Counted from the first letter of the stretch, positions 54,451 to 63,335 are shown. The stretch is 64,000 bases of DNA from Calditrichaceae bacterium (GCA_050173015.1 JBFXLE010000020.1:1-64000); one strand, 5' to 3'. Numbers and translations: made by a program. The notes: generated by a model from the letters alone, not told the origin.

Positions 54451-55191
54451 TTATTTATGCTGAACGGGAGCCATCCGTATAATTTTTAACCAATACATTG
54501 CTTTGATAAACGGATAGGTCGGATCAAATTCAAAGAAACGAACGCCAAAATTTAAGCGTGATGGATATTTATGATGGTTGTTCTGAAATAATTCTCCCAT
54601 GGTCAGAAAATCAAATGGCAGCGTGTTTTTAGAATGATCCTTAATGTCCTTAAAATTCCTGTATCCGTATTTATGTCCGCACCAGTTGACGATGGCTCCA
54701 TGAATCGGCCCCATCAGGAAATGAACCGGAAGCAGAAAAAAGAGCCACCAGTAGGGGGCAAAAAAAACGTAAATCAGAATATATACCACCGCGAAAGATA
54801 TTCTTGTCACCATGTGATCCGCTAATTTCTCGAATTTATGCCATTCGGGAGTGTTCTGTTCAAAACGGTCGCCCGGTTTCATTTTGCTGGTAAGAAGATC
54901 ATAATAAATTGTCTTTGTCCGCCACATCATGCCGAATACACTGCGAAAGAAATGCGGCGAATGAGGATCCCGTTCGGTATCGCTGTAAGCATGGTGCATA
55001 CGATGCATAACCGCGTACGCTTTCGCGTTTAAATAGGAAGTGCCCTGGGTTATAAACGTCATTATAAAAAAGAACCGTTCCCAGAATTTCGACATGGAGA
55101 ACATTTGATGAGCCGAATAGCGGTGCAGAAAAAATGTCTGCATAAACAATGATGAAAACCAGTGGCCGGCAAAAAATACAGCTATAATCAT
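54451..55191 (-). CDS. acyl-CoA/fatty acid desaturase (delta-9-like)
   Basis: His boxes HRYSAH, HRMHH, QNNHH; DPHSP. Confidence 0.88.
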   Translation of the reverse strand: MIIAVFFAGHWFSSLFMQTFFLHRYSAHQMFSMSKFWERFFFIMTFITQGTSYLNAKAYAVMHRMHHAYSDTERDPHSPHFFRSVFGMMWRTKTIYYDLLTSKMKPGDRFEQNTPEWHKFEKLADHMVTRISFAVVYILIYVFFAPYWWLFFLLPVHFLMGPIHGAIVNWCGHKYGYRNFKDIKDHSKNTLPFDFLTMGELFQNNHHKYPSRLNFGVRFFEFDPTYPFIKAMYWLKIIRMAPVQHK

Positions 55192-55312
55192 AAAATTTAT
55201 TTACAAACCTGTTTTGATACAGTGATTGAAGGACGCCTTTCATCGTCCGGGAAAATAATGATTTCCTTGCCTTAATAAAACAGAGTTCCGGAGGAAATTA
55301 ATTCCGATGATT

Positions 55313-56209
55313 TTAGCCGGAGATTTTTTCCTGTTCGGGTGGTGGCGCCGGGGTGCTGATATCCAGGACTGTCTTCCACACGCCTAAGCGGTCTCTCCTC
55401 CAGATTCTCAGATAATAGCCGAAAGAATTCTCATCCGAACCACTGGTTTGAAAATGGCCGTAACTATAACCAAGGTCTCCACCGGATGAGGTCTCAATTT
55501 TATGATTGGTATAAACTGCCGGGGTATTTTCATCGCCGAATTTTTCCGGAATGATTTCGCTGCCGATGACCGGGTTGTAACCGTTTCTAAGAAATATAAT
55601 GTCACTGTCATAAAAAGATTCCATGGCCATGCAGAGATCGTTGACCGACATATAAGCGGAATATTCATCATCGGCTTTTTTAAGTCTGTTCAGGCTTTTG
55701 GCGTCCATACTCACATGAGCTGTTTTCTCTGTCTCCCCAAGCCGCCAGTCCGCTGCCCTGGATTCCGGCTTTGGATGGTACGTTCCCATATCGAAAATAA
55801 ATTTCCATGTTCCGTCACCTTGTTTTTTCCAGATGGTCACATACTGACCGTATGCCGCAGGAACGCTGTCGTCTCTTGAACTGCTGTATTCCCAGGGGCC
55901 AGTGGTGTAACCTAAATCCGCCGACAATGATATGCCCGCGTTCACGGGTCTCCATTTCAGGAGCCCCTTCGACGATCTGTGTTCCTGAATCCATGTTTTT
56001 CCGTTTACCGGATGCGGTCGGAATATGACCGATTCATCCGCGATAAAATCAAGAAACGCTTCATCAGTGCCTATTTCTTCCGAGATGGCGGCAAATTTTT
56101 GCTCTGTGGCAACAAGATTTGATAATTCCGAAGAAAGATCCGGTTTGGGACTGCAGCCTCCGAGAGTGTACAGACCGATGGCGACGAGAAGAAAAGTATA
56201 TTCTTTCAT
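55313..56209 (-). CDS. tandem NTF2/DUF4440-like lipoprotein
   Basis: two repeats of S..DLGY..G...G.Y..IW......G.WK...D; lipobox LGGC. Confidence 0.75.
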   Translation of the reverse strand: MKEYTFLLVAIGLYTLGGCSPKPDLSSELSNLVATEQKFAAISEEIGTDEAFLDFIADESVIFRPHPVNGKTWIQEHRSSKGLLKWRPVNAGISLSADLGYTTGPWEYSSSRDDSVPAAYGQYVTIWKKQGDGTWKFIFDMGTYHPKPESRAADWRLGETEKTAHVSMDAKSLNRLKKADDEYSAYMSVNDLCMAMESFYDSDIIFLRNGYNPVIGSEIIPEKFGDENTPAVYTNHKIETSSGGDLGYSYGHFQTSGSDENSFGYYLRIWRRDRLGVWKTVLDISTPAPPPEQEKISG

Positions 56210-56278
56210 AGTATCCCCCTGTGATAAATGGATTACCGCGGCGCATGTCACGGTAATGGCAAAAAATTGAAAAGAAAC

Positions 56279-57727
56279 TTATCCGGCCCTGCGCTTATCG
56301 TCCAGTTTAATTTTTTGTTTTACTTCAATGGAGATATCCATCCCGCTTTCCTGGCTCATAAGATCCGTGATTTTAAGATACATTTTGTTGTTTTTGCGCC
56401 AGTTCCGGTTGAGATGACGCGCGTAACGGGCGATTCCGATTTCCAGTAAATCTCCGCGTAAAAATTTTTTTAACGATTCCCACACGGAATAAAATTTCCT
56501 GTGACTGATCATCTGGGCTTTCTGGAGAGCTTTCTGAGTAAATTTGAGCGGCTTAAATACAACATGATGCGTATCATACAAGGACCAGTCAAAAAACTGA
56601 ATACGTTTTTCAGAATTCATTTTATTAAATAATTCGGATCCGGGAAGCGGGGTCAAAATAAGAAACTGCGATGAAGAAAGTTTTGATTTCTTGGCGAATC
56701 GTACCGTTTTTTTGACCGTCCTCCAGTCATCCTGATCAAATCCGTAAACAAACATTCCGTGCACATGAATATTCTGTTTTCTCAGGATTTTTATCGCGCT
56801 TTGGGTATCTTCCACGGTCTGATGTTTTTTCATGGCGTCAAGGCTTTGCTGATTGACGGATTCAAGACCGACAAACAGGGTGTGACACCCGGCTTTTTTC
56901 ATGAGACGGATGAGTTCCGGGTCTTTCGCGACATCAACGCGCACCTGAGTGGACCATTTGAATTTAAACTTCTCGTTGATCATCGCTCTCAAAAGTTCTT
57001 TTGTTCTCTTGGGATTGGCGGCGAAATTGTCATCATAAAAAAAGATAAAGTTTTTTGGATCATTGTACTGTCTCAGTTCCGCCATAATGTTATCGGTGGA
57101 ACGAAACCGGTATTTTTTTCCGAACATGCCGGTGACCGAACAAAATGAACAATCAAAAGGGCAGCCCCTTGAAGTCTGTACCGGAATAATTCTCTGACCG
57201 GCCACACGATGATCATAATCTTTCATAAGAGATAAATCCGGAAAGGGCAGTTTATCCAGATCATTGATATAAGGCTGCAGCATATTATGAACATATTTCC
57301 CGTCGCGCTGATAGGATAAATTGGAAACACCGGAGAAATTACCGTCACTTTCAAAGGCTTCGGCAAACTCCATTAACGCGTGTTCACCTTCGCCGCGAAT
57401 CACATAATCGGCATGGCGCAGCGCTTCGTCGGTAAGCCAGGTGACATGCGGCCCGCCCATAATTACGGGAATTCCCATCTCACGAACACGGTCGGCGATG
57501 GCGTAGGCGCGGGGAGCGGTGGATGTGATGGTTGAAATGCCTATTAAATCGGCGGTTTTGATGTCTTCATAATCGATGTCCTGCAATTCTTCGACAATAA
57601 TTTCGACTTGCCATCCCCTTTTTTTCATTAAAGTACCGAGAATAAAACTTCCAAGACGCGGCAGGGCAAATTTCGAAAAAATATGCAGATTGGCCGATTT
57701 TGGTTCAATGAATATCATCTTATACAT
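56279..57727 (-). CDS. cobalamin-binding radical SAM protein
   Basis: GGPH/GEGE B12 domain; SRGCPFDCSFC. Confidence 0.9.
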   Translation of the reverse strand: MYKMIFIEPKSANLHIFSKFALPRLGSFILGTLMKKRGWQVEIIVEELQDIDYEDIKTADLIGISTITSTAPRAYAIADRVREMGIPVIMGGPHVTWLTDEALRHADYVIRGEGEHALMEFAEAFESDGNFSGVSNLSYQRDGKYVHNMLQPYINDLDKLPFPDLSLMKDYDHRVAGQRIIPVQTSRGCPFDCSFCSVTGMFGKKYRFRSTDNIMAELRQYNDPKNFIFFYDDNFAANPKRTKELLRAMINEKFKFKWSTQVRVDVAKDPELIRLMKKAGCHTLFVGLESVNQQSLDAMKKHQTVEDTQSAIKILRKQNIHVHGMFVYGFDQDDWRTVKKTVRFAKKSKLSSSQFLILTPLPGSELFNKMNSEKRIQFFDWSLYDTHHVVFKPLKFTQKALQKAQMISHRKFYSVWESLKKFLRGDLLEIGIARYARHLNRNWRKNNKMYLKITDLMSQESGMDISIEVKQKIKLDDKRRAG

Positions 57728-57730
57728 GAT

Positions 57731-58441
57731 TTACCCCTGCTTGATTTCAAGCTTTTTTTGATTTTGACCGATTAAATGAGAGATCTCTTTCTTTTTCTTT
57801 TTCATCAGATCCTCCCAGCGGCGGATACCCTCTTTCAGCAGATTTATTTTATCATTAAGCGTTTCAATTTCACGCGTCATTGAGTCAAGCCGGCGGTGAG
57901 TTTCTTCAGGGGCGTAGAGGCCGGGATCGTTTCTGATGGCCTGAAAATCCCGGAAATAATCGGAGATGACTTTGATCTCTTCAAGCGTATAACCGAAAAG
58001 CTGAAGATCCTTAATCAGATTACATAAAAACACATAGGATTCAGAATATAACCGGAATCCTCCCTCGCTCCGCATGTCCGGTTCGACGATTCCCTTATCC
58101 TCCCAATGCTTAAGAGTGCGGGCACTGACTCCGACCCGTTCAGCAAGATTCCCGACCGTCAGATACTGGCTTAATTCAGTCGGATCGTTTTTTCGGTCGT
58201 TGCTCTTCGGCAGACCGATTTTTTTTATAATTTTTTGTATTTCATCGATTTTATATCCTAAGTCCAGCAGTTTTTGTATCTGGTTTACCCTCTCAATGGT
58301 GCCCTCCGAGTAAAATGGAAGCTGGTCATCGGTGTAGCCCGAAGGCTTGATGAGTTTCAGGTTCTCCCATTCCTGAAGCGCCTTTTTGCTGACTTTCAAT
58401 TTCGAAATAAACTCATCCTGCACAAATATTTTTTTCTTCAT
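57731..58441 (-). CDS. MerR family regulator with two HTH domains
   Basis: two MerR HTHs (VSKKALQEWE; VSARTLKHWEDKG...RSEGGFRLY). Confidence 0.88.
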   Translation of the reverse strand: MKKKIFVQDEFISKLKVSKKALQEWENLKLIKPSGYTDDQLPFYSEGTIERVNQIQKLLDLGYKIDEIQKIIKKIGLPKSNDRKNDPTELSQYLTVGNLAERVGVSARTLKHWEDKGIVEPDMRSEGGFRLYSESYVFLCNLIKDLQLFGYTLEEIKVISDYFRDFQAIRNDPGLYAPEETHRRLDSMTREIETLNDKINLLKEGIRRWEDLMKKKKKEISHLIGQNQKKLEIKQG

Positions 58442-58467
58442 AGTGTACCTTTGCGTATCCGTGTGAG

Positions 58468-58519
58468 TAACGTGTACGTTAACGTATAGGAAGATATGCA
58501 TAAAGACAATTGTTGTCAA
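58468..58519 (-). promoter_or_regulatory. sigma70-like promoter plus ACGT-repeat operator
   Basis: minus strand TTGACA-N17-TATCTT followed by TATACGTTAACGTACACGTTA. Confidence 0.6.
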
Positions 58520-58651
58520 TGAAAATTATTCAAATATTTATCAGATCAATTGATATAGAGTTTTAAAATGAGTTTGAACGCATCAATCAGGACAATAAGA
58601 AGAAGGGTGGAGTAAAAGTGGCAGAAACGAAAAAAATCCCCCGATTTAATT

Positions 58652-59149
58652 TTATTTCTTTGGCGGAGCCCAGGTTTTCAGAAATTCGTAAACCTTTTCA
58701 CGGTCGTGGTGATCACCGGATTCCAGCGCGCCTGTATCCTGAGAATAAAGAAACGCGCCGTCTGTGTCAAGAACAAAAAAATGCGGATATCCCGGTATGG
58801 GAGGATATTTGGAAAGGATTTCCTCATTCTTGTTCTCTTTACTATAATTTATTTTTAAAACAACATAATTTTCATGCATAAAACGCTTAATATCCGCGTT
58901 ATCATCAAAAAAACGGTCGAGCAGATGGCACCAGCTGCACCATTCTCCGCCGACATCAAGCAGAACGCGTCTCCCGGAATTTCGCGCTTCCGCTATAGCC
59001 GCCTGAATATCTTTTGCCGCGTCACGCGCGGGATCAAATTTGGTTACGGAAATATACCCGCTTTGGCCGGTCTCGCCTTTTTTTGCGCAGCTTCCCATCA
59101 TAAAAACAGATACAGTCAACAAGAAAACAATGGCAACCTTGGTCATCAT
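58652..59149 (-). CDS. thioredoxin-family lipoprotein
   Basis: GGEWCSWC, GYPHF; lipobox MGSC. Confidence 0.85.
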   Translation of the reverse strand: MMTKVAIVFLLTVSVFMMGSCAKKGETGQSGYISVTKFDPARDAAKDIQAAIAEARNSGRRVLLDVGGEWCSWCHLLDRFFDDNADIKRFMHENYVVLKINYSKENKNEEILSKYPPIPGYPHFFVLDTDGAFLYSQDTGALESGDHHDREKVYEFLKTWAPPKK

Positions 59150-59172
59150 TACTCCAAAAAAAACTTTACGAC

Positions 59173-60093
59173 TTACCAGGGAATTGTCAGGTTAAATTGC
59201 TTCAATTTTTCTTCTAATTCTGACCGTTCCCGGTTTCTTTTTAATTTGCCCTCTTCATAGTTTAAAAAACCGAATGATTCCGCGATCGATCTTGCTTTCT
59301 CCTGATTCCCCTGAATCAGTTCCCGTAAAATTTCATGCTCCTGCCGGGTGAATTTGAAACCGCTGAAACGGTAATCCATGAACGCTTCCCAGGCCATCGG
59401 GCACCATTTGCTGACGATTTCATGCCCGATAATCTTTGCGTATTCACGGATTTCATACTGCGCGTGTTCATCCATCCGGAGGGCCAGAAAATGAAACAGA
59501 TTATGCAGATCGATTTTCCAATAGGCTTCGGTATAGGTCGCCAGCGGAAGATCTTTGCGCGCCTGTTCTCTGGCGATGCCTGCCTTAATGCGGTTTTCAT
59601 ATATTTCACGGGTATTTTGATGCAGCTCTTTTTCCTGATCCGTGAAGAATTTTCCCTGTCCGGCATCCATAAATCCGTGACTGCCCTGTTTATTCTGAGC
59701 CGCCTGAAGACGCCACTGATCGGGCAGGGTTTCCTGCGCGGCATCGATAGCGACGGAGTAGCGGGTGGAATATTCATTGACATTAGCCGTGCGGTGCCGG
59801 ATCCATTGACGCCAGGCGTCCATGGGAACGCGAACATGTAGTTTGAGTTCACACATTTCAAACGGTGTGGAATGCTGATGACGCATCAGATAGCGGATAA
59901 GGCCCCGGTCCTCGCTGACTTTTTTGGTGCCCTTTCCATACGAAACTCTTGCCGCCTGAACAATCGACTCATCCGATCCCATGTAATCGACCACACGAAT
60001 AAATCCGTCATCCAGCACGTTAAATTTTTTCCCGAGAACGGCGTCGAGCGACTCGACAACGGGACGTTTTAAATGGTCTGCTTTTTCCTGCAT
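59173..60093 (-). CDS. thyX: FAD-dependent thymidylate synthase
   Basis: AARVSY, H.TPFE, RHRTANVNEYSTRY ThyX motif, HAQYEIR. Confidence 0.95.
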   Translation of the reverse strand: MQEKADHLKRPVVESLDAVLGKKFNVLDDGFIRVVDYMGSDESIVQAARVSYGKGTKKVSEDRGLIRYLMRHQHSTPFEMCELKLHVRVPMDAWRQWIRHRTANVNEYSTRYSVAIDAAQETLPDQWRLQAAQNKQGSHGFMDAGQGKFFTDQEKELHQNTREIYENRIKAGIAREQARKDLPLATYTEAYWKIDLHNLFHFLALRMDEHAQYEIREYAKIIGHEIVSKWCPMAWEAFMDYRFSGFKFTRQEHEILRELIQGNQEKARSIAESFGFLNYEEGKLKRNRERSELEEKLKQFNLTIPW

Positions 60094-60407
60094 AAGTCCT
60101 CGGTTGATTGATGGTTATGAAGTTTCAAATTTAAGGATTCAATTTATCAAAATAATTTACAGAGTCAAAAAATTATGAAATTTAAGCAGGCGGAAAACCG
60201 ATAAGCGTATGGTCAGAAAAAGCCCACACGTACTTTAAGACGCGGTGGATGCGGTAGTGATTGCGGCCAATATGTATTATGGAGAAATCGGCAAAGACTA
60301 AAAGACTACCCCGGCAAATATCATCGACAAAAAAACACTCGACCGGACAACAAAAATGCACAAGAATCAGATAGTCAGAATGAAGAATGAAATCGCGCCA
60401 GACCGCA

Positions 60408-60604
60408 CCGGGGCGGGTACCTCCGCCCCGGGGAAGGTCACACTCTCCCGGGAAGCGTTACTTTTCAAGAAGAACGCAATAACTCACCTCCGGGGAAGGC
60501 GATTAAGGTCCCGGGAAAGGGTACCGGTTCACCGGGGAGCCTCATATTCTTTCCGGGAAGGGGGCCTCGCCTTCCGGGGAAGGTCACACTCCCGGCGGGA
60601 AGGC
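60408..60604 (+). repeat. degenerate ~21-bp-period repeat with CCGGG(G/A)AAGG core
   Basis: cores at 60490, 60511, 60532, 60553, 60574, 60595 (exact 21-bp spacing) and at 60408, 60428, 60448. Confidence 0.75.
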
Positions 60605-60689
60605 GCAAAACGTTGACTGAGCGTGAAAGGGAACCATCAGGCTTGCAAGTGGCATGTTATGCAATGATATTCGATTCAATGTGACGGCC

Positions 60690-62061
60690 TGACGTCGGAG
60701 GCGTCACAGCTTAGTAGAATGGAGATCACATGGTTATAGTCCGACCCCTGCGGGGTCGCGGGAGGATGTGGTGTCTGCTAATATTCTATTAACGTGTAAT
60801 CCCTACGGGATTGGAATTACCGGTTGCATTGGAAGCCATCAATTAATGATAAATATTGGTCAGGTGATAAAAAACCCGACGCCGGAGGCGTCACAGCTTA
60901 GTAGAATGGAGATCACATGGTTATAGTCCGACCCCTGCGGGGTCGCAGGAGGATGTGGTGTATGCTAATATTCTATTAACGTGTAATCCCTACGGGATTG
61001 GGATTGACGGTTGCAGGAAAAGTCCTGAATTAATGATGACAGTTGGCCATGTGAGATAGAAACCCTGACGCCGGAGGTGTCATATATTTGTAGAATAAGG
61101 GTTAAGCGGTAATTGTGCTGAAATAAATTCAGAATTGACAAAGGCGATTCTTCGGGGCGAATTTTCTGTCCGAGTGTAATAAATTGAAAAACGGATAAAT
61201 TTAACACGAGTTAAAATTCGCCAGGGCTTTTTGCTACTTTTTGGCCATTCAAAAAGTAGGAAGAGAGAAGTAGGAACTTTAAGAGTTAAGTGTAGGTGCG
61301 ACCGCCTGGTCACGGATATCCATTCCTGAAGTAGAGACGCATGTTGCCGATCATTCTACAAAAATATCATCCCTACGGGATTGGGATTGACGTTTTAATC
61401 TAAATAAAGGATGGATGATAATGATCGGATTGATATGACATGAAGGCCTGACGCCGGAGGAGTCACAGCTTAGTAGAATGGAGATCACGTGGTTATAGTC
61501 CGACCCCTGCGGGGTCGCGGGAGGATGTGGTGTCTGCTAATATTCTATTAACGTGTAATCCCTTCGGGATTGGGATTGACGGTTGCAGGAAAAGTCCTGA
61601 ATTAATGATGACAGTTGGCCATGTGAGATAGAAACCCTGACGCCGGAGGTGTCATATATTTGTAGAATAAGGATTAAGCGGTAATTGTACGACCCCTATG
61701 GGGCCGTGGAATCGCGTGTTGCCGATCATTCTACAAAAATATCATCCCTACGGGATTGGGATTGACGGTTGCAGGAAAAGTCTTGAATTAATGATGACAG
61801 TTGGCCATGTGAGATAGAAACCCTGACGCCGGAGGCGTCACAGCTTAGTAGAATGGAGATCACATGGTTATAGTCCGACCCCTGCGGGGTCGCAGGAGGA
61901 TGTGGTGTCTGCTAATATTCTATTAACGTGTAATCCCTACGGGATTGGAATTACCGGTTGCATTGGAAGCCATCAATTAATGATAAATATTGGTCATTTG
62001 ATAAAAAACCCGACGCCGGAGGTGTCATATATTTGTAGAATAAGGGTTAAGCGGTAATTGT
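60690..62061. repeat. modular array of seven three-hairpin (REP/BIME-like) units
   Basis: units start at 60690, 60877, 61066, 61449, 61638, 61824, 62011; near-identical copies visible directly. Confidence 0.92.
61117..61259 (-). mobile_element. structured non-autonomous element, copy 1
   Basis: 143 bp, one mismatch to 62062-62204; stems ggcgaatttt/aaaattcgcc and ctactttttg/caaaaagtag. Confidence 0.55.
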
Positions 62062-62204
62062 GCTGAAATAAATTCAGAATTGACCAAGGCGATTCTTCGG
62101 GGCGAATTTTCTGTCCGAGTGTAATAAATTGAAAAACGGATAAATTTAACACGAGTTAAAATTCGCCAGGGCTTTTTGCTACTTTTTGGCCATTCAAAAA
62201 GTAG
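62062..62204 (-). mobile_element. structured non-autonomous element, copy 2
   Basis: as copy 1, at the same junction within a type-B unit. Confidence 0.55.
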
Positions 62205-62277
62205 GGAGGAAGAAAAGTAGGAAGAGAGAAGTAGGAAGTAAGAACGTTATGAGTTAAGAGTGTGAGAGTTAAGTGTA
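62205..62277 (+). repeat. GAAGTRR / GAGTTAA heptamer tract
   Basis: gaagaga gaagtag gaagtaa ... gagttaa gagtgtga gagttaa; a shorter version occurs at 61260-61295. Confidence 0.75.
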
Positions 62278-62593
62278 ACATCAAGGAAACCCATGGCTGA
62301 AGTCGGAAGAAAGAACAATCTTTCCCCTGTTCATTTCCCTTGATGGAAAAGAACCAAAAGATCATGGCTGTCCAAAAAAATTGTGAAATTCCACGGCTCG
62401 CTGCACTGAAAATCTTAAACTCGCCCGCCTCGGGCGGGCTCAGAACATCATAGTTTTGCTCGTTCCGTTCATCTTCTTTTTAGAAATTATCCCGGGCGCG
62501 TAACTTTAATTCTCATCCGACTATCCCCAAATTTTTGATTTTTATCTGATCTTTTTTATAAATTCATTAAAATTACCAGCCAATTAAATAGGA

Positions 62594-63229
62594 ATGTTTT
62601 TGAAAAAGTCGGTTATCAGCAAAATTCTGGAAATTCTGGAGACCACATATAATCACACCACCACCGCGCTGGATTTCAGCAGCCCGTTTCAGTTGCTGGT
62701 CTCCACCATGCTGGCCGCGCAAAGCACGGATGTCAGGGTCAATATCGTTACCAAGGATCTGTTCAGCGATTACCCGACGGCCGCAAAAATGGCGGAATTG
62801 AGCAGCAGTGAAATGGAAGAATACATCAAAACGGTTGGTCTTTACAGAACCAAAGCAAAAAATGTCATCGCCACCGCGAAGATGCTCGCCGAACAATATG
62901 ACGGCGATATTCCTGCCACCCGTGAAGAGCTTATAAAATTGCCCGGTGTCGGGCGTAAAACAGCCAATGTGGTGTTAAGTATCGCGAAGGGCGTCCCAGC
63001 CATCGCGGTGGACACGCATGTTTTCCGGGTGAGTAACCGGATCGGGCTGGCGCGCGCCGGCAATGTCCTGGAAACAGAAAAACATCTGATGAAAAACATC
63101 CCGCGGGAAAAGTGGTCGGACGCGCATCACTGGCTCATCTGGCATGGAAGAAAAATATGCAAAGCCCGTAAACCGCTCTGTGAGCAATGTCCGGTGAAGG
63201 ATTTCTGCGAATATTACCGTACTCTATAA
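62594..63229 (+). CDS. nth: endonuclease III
   Basis: LAAQSTD.RVN, HhH LPGVGRKTANVV, VDTHVFR, CKARKPLCEQCPVKDFC 4Fe-4S motif. Confidence 0.95.
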   Translation: MFLKKSVISKILEILETTYNHTTTALDFSSPFQLLVSTMLAAQSTDVRVNIVTKDLFSDYPTAAKMAELSSSEMEEYIKTVGLYRTKAKNVIATAKMLAEQYDGDIPATREELIKLPGVGRKTANVVLSIAKGVPAIAVDTHVFRVSNRIGLARAGNVLETEKHLMKNIPREKWSDAHHWLIWHGRKICKARKPLCEQCPVKDFCEYYRTL

Positions 63230-63335
63230 ACCAGTCCTGATTGTCCTGCCGGGTATAGCTCTTTCATTTTAATACCCTTTATTTTATATTCTGCTAAACC
63301 TTAGTTCAGAATGACCCTGATGGAAAATTATAGCG

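Noticed and set aside
60209-60616. Protein-coding gene or pseudogene (86-aa ORF 60356-60616 and upstream in-frame fragments)
   Set aside because: No recognisable family, stops upstream, and composition driven by the 21-bp repeat.
60690-62061. CRISPR array interpretation
   Set aside because: Repeats are ~120 bp, linkers recur and are homologous to each other, and no cas genes are present.
60965-62365. Short minus-strand ORFs (60965-61207, 61080-61313, 62156-62365) and ORF 10113-10331
   Set aside because: They are translations of repeats or heptamer tracts (e.g. LLTSYFLLPTSYF) without coding features.
63230-63335. ModE box or Moco riboswitch upstream of modA
   Set aside because: No matching consensus recognised.
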